Shown one piece after another: positions 57,933-64,000 of a stretch of DNA of 64,000 nucleotides. The notes below the pieces were generated by a model. It did no database searches and was not told where the DNA came from. It worked only from the letters and a program-made list of their open reading frames with translations. The translations under genes and the position numbers were made by a program. This stretch comes from Candidatus Bipolaricaulia bacterium (GTDB lineage: Bacteria; Bipolaricaulota; Bipolaricaulia; RBG-16-55-9), in NCBI GenBank assembly GCA_042219045.1, contig JBDGQO010000013.1:17348-81347 (forward strand), in the 5' to 3' direction. How positions within the stretch are numbered: the first letter of the stretch is position 1; the number at the start of each line of letters is the position of its first letter.

Positions 57933-58691
57933 GTGAGTTCGGAATCAATGGGGGCTGATCGCTTGGCGGATATCCGTGCAGGGGAACTGCCAGGCCACAT
58001 CGCCATCATCATGGACGGCAACGGCCGCTGGGCCGAACGCCGCGGGTATCCGCGAACCGAAGGCCACCGACGCGGCATGGAAGCGGCCGAGCGCTTGGCG
58101 GAATTCATTGCGGACGAGTTGGACGTTCCCTACTTGACGCTGTTCGCGTTCTCCACGGAGAACTGGCGTCGACCGCCCGCGGAAGTCGACTACCTCATGG
58201 GCCTGATCCGCCAGTTTCTGGACGAGAAGGTCGACAAGCTCATGGGACGCGGCGCCCGACTCCGCGTCATCGGCCACCTTGACGGCGTGTCCGAGTCCCT
58301 GCAGCGCGAAGTTCGACGCGCTGAGGAGCGCACGGCGCACAATGACCGCTTCCAGCTGAACATCGCGTTCAACTACGGCGGCCGGCAGGAGATCCTGCGC
58401 GCCGTGGAGTCGATCGTCCACGACAAGCTTAATGGCAGCCTGAACGGCGCGCCGCTCGACGAGAGCCTCTTCAAGCGCTACCTCGACACCGCGGACATTC
58501 CTGATCCGGATCTGTTGATTCGGACCAGCGGGGAAGAGCGCATCAGCAATTTTCTCCTGTGGCAGATCGCCTACGCCGAGTTCTGGGTGACGGAGACGCT
58601 CTGGCCCGACTTCACCCCGGACCATCTCCTGAACGCCTTGGCCACCTACGGCGACCGGAATCGCAAGTACGGGGCGATCCCTCGGCCCTAA
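57933..58691 (+). CDS. uppS: Undecaprenyl/polyprenyl diphosphate synthase
   Basis: HIAIIMDGNGRWA, FSTENWRRP, NYGGRQEI, IRTSGEERISNFLLWQ. Confidence 0.96.
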   Translation: MSSESMGADRLADIRAGELPGHIAIIMDGNGRWAERRGYPRTEGHRRGMEAAERLAEFIADELDVPYLTLFAFSTENWRRPPAEVDYLMGLIRQFLDEKVDKLMGRGARLRVIGHLDGVSESLQREVRRAEERTAHNDRFQLNIAFNYGGRQEILRAVESIVHDKLNGSLNGAPLDESLFKRYLDTADIPDPDLLIRTSGEERISNFLLWQIAYAEFWVTETLWPDFTPDHLLNALATYGDRNRKYGAIPRP

Positions 58692-58700
58692 CACGTCACC

Positions 58701-59519
58701 ATGTCCAACTTGGGCCAGCGCACCTTGACCGTGCTCGTCGGGATTCCCCTCGTGGTCGGCTGGCTCTGGCTGGCCCATGAACTGCGGTCGTTCTGGCTGT
58801 TGGCCTTGCCGTTGGCCGGGGTGGTCGGCGTCGCCGCCTGGGAGTACGCCGGCCTGGCCGAGGCCATGGATTTTCCCTTGGATCGATGGATCTTCACGGC
58901 CGTCAGTGGCGCGTCGCTCGTGGCCTACGGGGCCCTGGCCGATTCCGTGGCGACCGTCGGCGTTCTCGCCGGGGGCATGGCCTTGGTCGGCTTGGCCCAA
59001 GTGGGCCGTGCGAATCCCGTCCAGGCGGGCTTGACCGGGGCGGTCGGGTTGGTCTACCTGCCGTTTTTGGCTTCATTTCTCGTTCCCTTCGTCCAGAGCC
59101 CGAGCGCGGTGGGGCTCAAGTTTGTGCTCACGCTCCTTGCGCTCGTGTGGAGCTACGACGTCGGGGCCTATGTGATAGGCTCCCGATGGGGCCGACATCG
59201 TCTCGCACCGCAGCTCAGCCCCAACAAGAGCTGGGAGGGCGTCGCGGGCGGCGGCGCGGTGGCCGTTGCTCTGGGGGCCCTGTCCATGCTCTGGCTGCCC
59301 TGGGGCGTTCACGGCGTGGGCATCGCCGTGGCCGTGAGCATTGCGGCTCAGGCCGGTGACCTCTTCGAGTCGTGGCTCAAGCGCATCGCCGGCGTCAAGG
59401 ACGCCGGCGCGCTCTTTCCCGGACACGGCGGCGTCCTGGACCGCATTGACGCGCTGCTGTTCGCCTTGCCCGTGTTCCACACGTATCTCGTCATCGTCGC
59501 CGGCTGGCAGGCGCTTTAA
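58701..59519 (+). CDS. cdsA: Phosphatidate cytidylyltransferase
   Basis: SPNKSWEG, GDLFESWLKR, KDAGALFPGHGGVLDRID. Confidence 0.95.
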   Translation: MSNLGQRTLTVLVGIPLVVGWLWLAHELRSFWLLALPLAGVVGVAAWEYAGLAEAMDFPLDRWIFTAVSGASLVAYGALADSVATVGVLAGGMALVGLAQVGRANPVQAGLTGAVGLVYLPFLASFLVPFVQSPSAVGLKFVLTLLALVWSYDVGAYVIGSRWGRHRLAPQLSPNKSWEGVAGGGAVAVALGALSMLWLPWGVHGVGIAVAVSIAAQAGDLFESWLKRIAGVKDAGALFPGHGGVLDRIDALLFALPVFHTYLVIVAGWQAL

Positions 59520-59533
59520 CCTGACCCTCAGGT

Positions 59534-61273
59534 ATGAATGACATCGATCTGCTGTTGCTCCATCCGCCGAGCGTGTACGACTTTCGTGACAAGTCGATCC
59601 TCTACGGGCCGATTAGCGACCTCATTCCGTCCTCGACCGTGTTCGAGATGTATCCGCTCGGCTTCCTCACCATGTCGAGCTACCTCCAGGACCGCGACTG
59701 GCGCGTCCGGATCGTCAACTTGGCGCTGCGCATGCTGAACGACCGACGCTTCGACGTGCCGACGTTTTTGGCCAAGCGCTGCCCCGAGGCCGTCGGCATT
59801 GACCTCCACTGGCTGCCCCATGCGCACGGCGCCTTGGAGATCGCCCGCCTCGTCAAATCGATCCACCCCGACGTGCCCGTGATCATGGGCGGCCTCTCCG
59901 CGAGTTACTTCCACCGTGAGCTGATCACCTACCCGCAGGTCGACTACGTGCTGCGCGGCGACAGCGTCGAGCCCGCGTTGGAGCAATTGTTGCTCACCCT
60001 GCGCCACGATCGCTCCCGCCACGAGGTTCCCAATCTGACGTGGAAGACGGCCGCCGAGGTGGTCACAAACCCGCTCGGCTACATGCCGGCGTCGCTGGAC
60101 ATGGCCGACATCCGACCGGATCGCATGGTCGAGATGGTGCTGCGCTATCGCGACCTGCACGGCGTCCTGCCCTTCAACGGCTGGTGGCAACACCCGATCA
60201 CCGCCGTGTTCACCGTCAAGGGCTGTGCCCACGAGTGCGTCACCTGTGGCAGCTCAAACACCTCCTGCAGCCACGTCACGTCGCGGCCACGGCCCGTCTA
60301 CCGCAGCCCGGCCAATTTGGTCCAGAACATGGCCGACATCAGCGGGCTGTCGCGCGGGCCGATCTTCCTCGTGGGCGATCTGAACCAAGCGGGCGCGGAT
60401 CATGCCGACGAGGTGCTCGATCGGCTGCGAGCCCTCGACCTGCCCAACGAGGTCATCTTCGAGTTTTTCACCATGCCGTCTCGCGAGCATCTGGAGCGGA
60501 TCGATCGGTCCGTGCGCCACTGGAGCATCGAACTCAGCCCGGAGAGCCACGACCCGGAGATCCGTCGCATTCAAGACGAGACGACGTTCTTCACCAATGA
60601 CGAGATGGAACGGACCATCGAGGACGCGCTCTCGCTGCGGTGCTCGCGCGTCGACGTCTTCTTCATGATCGGCCTGCCGCGTCAGACGCCCGAGTCCGTG
60701 GGCGCCACGGTCGGCTACTGCGAGAAGCTCTTCCGGACGCACGACGAGCGCCTCTCCTGCTTCATCTCGCCCTTAGGGCCGTTCTTGGATCCGGGCAGTC
60801 GGGGCTTCGAGGCCCCCGAGGCCTTCGGATACCGGCTTTTCGCGCGCACCCTGGAAGAGCACCGACAGCGGCTGGTCAAGCTGACTTGGGAACAGATCCT
60901 GAACTACGAGACCGAATGGATGACGCGGGCCCAGCTCGTCGAGGCGACCTACGATGCGGCCGAGCGACTGAACGCGTTGAAGCTCGCGCACGGCCGCATC
61001 TCGCAGCATCAAGGCGAGACCGTGGCTCGTCACATTCGCGAGGCCCGTGACCTGAGAGCCCGCTTGGCCCATGTCAACGAGGATCCGCACAGCACGGAGT
61101 CGTTGGACGCGCTCAAGGGCGAGATCTCCCGCTACAGCATCTCGACGGTCTGCGACAAGCGGGAGCTCTTCTGGCGGCGCCATCTGGTCAACTTCCATTT
61201 GGCCGAAGTGGTTCGCATCGCGGGACGATTCGTCCGCAAGCGCCTCCGCGAGGCCTTGGCCATGCACGAGTAG
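59534..61273 (+). CDS. B12-binding domain / radical SAM protein
   Basis: N-terminal LLHPPSVYDFR...EMYPLGF...GIDLHW...MGGLSAS cobalamin-binding-like domain; CAHECVTC (CxxxCxxC); FFMIGLP. Confidence 0.88.
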   Translation: MNDIDLLLLHPPSVYDFRDKSILYGPISDLIPSSTVFEMYPLGFLTMSSYLQDRDWRVRIVNLALRMLNDRRFDVPTFLAKRCPEAVGIDLHWLPHAHGALEIARLVKSIHPDVPVIMGGLSASYFHRELITYPQVDYVLRGDSVEPALEQLLLTLRHDRSRHEVPNLTWKTAAEVVTNPLGYMPASLDMADIRPDRMVEMVLRYRDLHGVLPFNGWWQHPITAVFTVKGCAHECVTCGSSNTSCSHVTSRPRPVYRSPANLVQNMADISGLSRGPIFLVGDLNQAGADHADEVLDRLRALDLPNEVIFEFFTMPSREHLERIDRSVRHWSIELSPESHDPEIRRIQDETTFFTNDEMERTIEDALSLRCSRVDVFFMIGLPRQTPESVGATVGYCEKLFRTHDERLSCFISPLGPFLDPGSRGFEAPEAFGYRLFARTLEEHRQRLVKLTWEQILNYETEWMTRAQLVEATYDAAERLNALKLAHGRISQHQGETVARHIREARDLRARLAHVNEDPHSTESLDALKGEISRYSISTVCDKRELFWRRHLVNFHLAEVVRIAGRFVRKRLREALAMHE

Positions 61274-61312
61274 AGTTCGGTCGGACGGTCTGCTATCGTG
61301 AGGCGATCGCCC

Positions 61313-62068
61313 ATGCAGACCCCATGGCGCCTTCTGACGACCGACGTTCCGACCGATCCGGCCCTCAACTACGCCCTCGATCAGGCCATCGCCGAGCACG
61401 TCGGCTCGGCCGAGGCTGCGCCAACCGTGCGCCTCTGGCGACCGGGCGAGTGTCTGGCGCTGGGCCGCTTCGACACCAAACTGCCCCGCTTTGACGACGC
61501 CGTCGCTCATCTGAAATCGCAAGGTTATCGGGTTCTCCATCGGCTCAGCGGCGGCAAGGCCGTCTGGCAGGACGACGGCTACCTCAATTTTTCCGTCATG
61601 GCCCCGCGTGGCCAAATGGGCGTGCCGGAGGCCTACCGGACGTTTTCCGAAGGGTTTATGGCGGGGCTTGCGGAACTGGGCTTGGAGAGCGCATTCAAGC
61701 ACGTGGAGGGCGCGTTCTGCGACGGGCCCTACGACCTAGCGATCGGGGCGCGCAAGCTGGTCGGAACCGCTCAAGTCCAGAAGCGCTCGTACATGATCGT
61801 GCACGGCACGGCCATGATCGACTGCGAGATTGCCGACATGGTCCGGATTGTCGGCGAGTTCTACGCGCGGGCGGGCGATCCCATGGACCTGCGCGCCGCA
61901 ACGATGATCACCTTGCGCGAGGCGCTGCAGCGCCCCATCGAGGTGGATGAGGTGATCGATGGCCTCGCGGCCGGCTATGCGGGGTCGCTAGGGGCGCTGG
62001 AACGGGACGAGGCCACCGAGGCCGAGCTGAGCCGCGCGCGGCAATTGAGCGAGACCGTCCAGCTCTGA
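61313..62068 (+). CDS. Lipoate-protein ligase family, LipL-like amidotransferase
   Basis: PTVRLW, RLSGGKAV, GAFCDGPYDL (Cys as in LipL), RKLVGTAQ; no LplA C-terminal domain. Confidence 0.8.
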   Translation: MQTPWRLLTTDVPTDPALNYALDQAIAEHVGSAEAAPTVRLWRPGECLALGRFDTKLPRFDDAVAHLKSQGYRVLHRLSGGKAVWQDDGYLNFSVMAPRGQMGVPEAYRTFSEGFMAGLAELGLESAFKHVEGAFCDGPYDLAIGARKLVGTAQVQKRSYMIVHGTAMIDCEIADMVRIVGEFYARAGDPMDLRAATMITLREALQRPIEVDEVIDGLAAGYAGSLGALERDEATEAELSRARQLSETVQL

Positions 62069-62114
62069 GGTGCCATTATGGTGCCATTAATCGAACAGGA
62101 GGAGGCAGAGGTCG

Positions 62115-62834
62115 ATGAGCATCCCCTTGCAGAATCAAGTCGCGATCGTGACGGGCGCCAGCTCCGGCATCGGCCAGGGCATCGCCGAACACCTGGGGGC
62201 CTGCGGGGCAAGCGTCGTGCTCGCCGCGCGACGCGAAGCGGAACTCGCATCAATCGCCGAGCGAATACAGGCCCATGGCAGCAGGGCTATGCCCATTCAA
62301 ACCGATGTCACACACGGCGCAGACGTCGACGCGCTCGTAAGTCGCACGCTTGAGGAGCATGGTCGGATCGACCTGCTCGTCAACAACGCCGGAGTTGCGC
62401 GCCACAAGAAATTTACGGACCTGTCCATGGATGATTTCGAAGAGCTGTTCGCGGTGAACGTCTTCGGGGTGGTGCGCTGCACCCAAGCCGTGGCGCCGCC
62501 CATGATCGAGCAAGAGGCGGGCACCATCGTCAACATCTCCTCCGGCGCCGGCTTCATGGGCTACGCGGGCGGAAGCGCCTACTGTGCCAGCAAGCACGCC
62601 GTCAATGGCTTCGGCAAGGCGGTCTACGACGAGCTGCGCCACCACGGCGTCCAGGTCTATACCGTCGGTCCGGGGGCCGTTAACACAACCATGATGTCGC
62701 ACGAGGATCACAGCCCGGAACGCCAGCAGATGCTGCAAGTGGCCGACCTCAGCGAGCTGGTGGAATTTTTGGCAACTCGCGAGCGCCACGTCAGCTTCGA
62801 GCCGATGTGGACGTTCTCGCGGTTCCGCGGTTAA
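62115..62834 (+). CDS. SDR family oxidoreductase
   Basis: TGASSGIG, NNAG, NISS, YCASK, PGAVNT. Confidence 0.93.
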   Translation: MSIPLQNQVAIVTGASSGIGQGIAEHLGACGASVVLAARREAELASIAERIQAHGSRAMPIQTDVTHGADVDALVSRTLEEHGRIDLLVNNAGVARHKKFTDLSMDDFEELFAVNVFGVVRCTQAVAPPMIEQEAGTIVNISSGAGFMGYAGGSAYCASKHAVNGFGKAVYDELRHHGVQVYTVGPGAVNTTMMSHEDHSPERQQMLQVADLSELVEFLATRERHVSFEPMWTFSRFRG

Positions 62835-62971
62835 CTTATCGCCCCCAACGGTCGGAGGGATTCCGCCCAGGCGCACGCTTGCCGAGAGCGATCCAAGCCC
62901 CATAGGGTGATTCGTCCGGTGTCATCAAGCAAAACCTGAAACCACGCGCTTGGACGTCCGAGGACTGGAGC

Positions 62972-64000
62972 ATGACGGGGTTGGGAGAGCGGAACCGACC
63001 GGCCATTCTTCCGGAGATCGCACGGGGCAGCGTTGCCGGCGTGATTGCCGTCGTCTATCAAGTCGCCTACGCGACGGTCATCTTCTCCGGCCAGTTGACC
63101 GAGCTGATGGCCCCGGCGTCCTGCCCTCCATTGGGCTGCTTCGGGGGGGATCGAGCGGTCGTGCTGGCGCAAGCGATCAGCCTGATGCTCTTCGGCACGG
63201 TGGCCATCAGCCTGGTCACCACGTTCAGCAGTTCGTATCGGCGGGTGATCGCCGTGCCCCAGGGCGTGCCGGCCGTCATTCTCAGCGTCATGGCGACGAC
63301 CTTGGTGACCCGAATGGACGACTCCGCGGTCGGCCTCGAGATCTTTGCCACGGTCGTCGCCACGCTCGTGCTGTCGTCCGTGTTGGCCGGCGTTCTCTTC
63401 TGGCTATTGGGCCGCTTCAGGTTGGGCCGCCTGGTGCGCTACATTCCCTATCCGGTCATTGGCGGGTTTCTCGCCGGAAGCGGGCTGCTTTTCGTCCTCG
63501 GGGGGCTCGGCCTCATGATCGACCGCACAGTCGGCGTGACGTCCGCATCCGCGCTTCTCGATCCGGAGGCCCTTGTGCTGTGGATCCCCGGCGTGGTTCT
63601 CGGCGTGATCCTACTGGTCGTCCACCGTGGGTGGGGCCACCTTCTTGGGCTGCCGCTCACGCTGATCGCCGCGATCGGCGCCTTCCATCTCGCCTTCGAG
63701 CTGAACGTCCCCCTCATCGCCGACCTGCAGCGATCCGATCTCCTGCTCGGACGGCTCCCCGACGGCACCTTATGGCATCCGGACCAGGTTGCCTCGATAT
63801 TTGATCGGGCCCACTGGTCCATGATGGGGGGCCAGATCGGGAACATCGGCGCCCTGATCCTCGTCAGCGTCATTGCGCTGCTCGTGTCCTGCACGGGCAT
63901 TGAGCTGTCCGCACGGCGGGATCTGGAACTCGATCGTGAACTGAGGGCCGCCGGCCTGGCCAACGCGCTTGCGGGCCTCGGCGGCAGCCAGGTCGGCTAC
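62972..64000 (+). CDS. SulP family anion transporter (3'-truncated by window edge)
   Basis: Open frame from ATG 62972 to the window end; AYATVIFSG, LGRFRLGRLVRYIPYPVIGGFLAG, LDRELRAAGLAN. Confidence 0.85.
   Translation, partial: MTGLGERNRPAILPEIARGSVAGVIAVVYQVAYATVIFSGQLTELMAPASCPPLGCFGGDRAVVLAQAISLMLFGTVAISLVTTFSSSYRRVIAVPQGVPAVILSVMATTLVTRMDDSAVGLEIFATVVATLVLSSVLAGVLFWLLGRFRLGRLVRYIPYPVIGGFLAGSGLLFVLGGLGLMIDRTVGVTSASALLDPEALVLWIPGVVLGVILLVVHRGWGHLLGLPLTLIAAIGAFHLAFELNVPLIADLQRSDLLLGRLPDGTLWHPDQVASIFDRAHWSMMGGQIGNIGALILVSVIALLVSCTGIELSARRDLELDRELRAAGLANALAGLGGSQVGY

Overview
A GC-rich, gene-dense bacterial chromosome segment of mostly housekeeping genes. I saw no CRISPR array, transposase, integrase or rRNA. 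In order it holds: the end of a phosphate uptake operon (pstC'-pstA-pstB-phoU), a glutaminyl cyclase, frr, a DUF62 gene and cca; a divergent serine locus (serC plus a serA fusion, opposite glyA); a System II cytochrome c biogenesis operon with copZ, yqeG and DUF4911; a large PpiD/SurA-TPR chaperone; rimP-nusA-MMPL-rny-spoVS; an RluA enzyme, pgsA-like and MATE genes; two outer-membrane barrel genes; a macrodomain gene and ppc; a yhbD/bactofilin module and an ABC pseudogene; sucA-sucB-lpdA; several hydrolases; a split B12 acyl-CoA mutase; a tRNA(CAT) and RNase HI; valS-uppS-cdsA-B12 radical SAM-LipL-like-SDR; and a truncated SulP gene. Acidic cytoplasmic proteins, Firmicutes-type genes (rny, spoVS, yqeG, yhbD) and outer-membrane machinery together suggest a halophilic diderm, possibly Ca. 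Bipolaricaulota/Acetothermia (inference only). The best candidate for an undescribed system is a 3-phosphoglycerate dehydrogenase whose C-terminal regulatory domains are replaced by a full SbnI/SerK-like free-serine kinase. It lies downstream of serC and divergent from glyA, which would give a reversed, assimilatory Gly->Ser->phosphoserine->3-PG route. Other leads are a PstA with tandem PDZ domains, a terminated sRNA candidate with two anti-Shine-Dalgarno motifs, two rod-like RNA candidates, a B12 radical SAM/LipL pair, a PpiD-TPR fusion and a possible Q-rule. All family assignments come from motifs recognised by eye, with no database searches.
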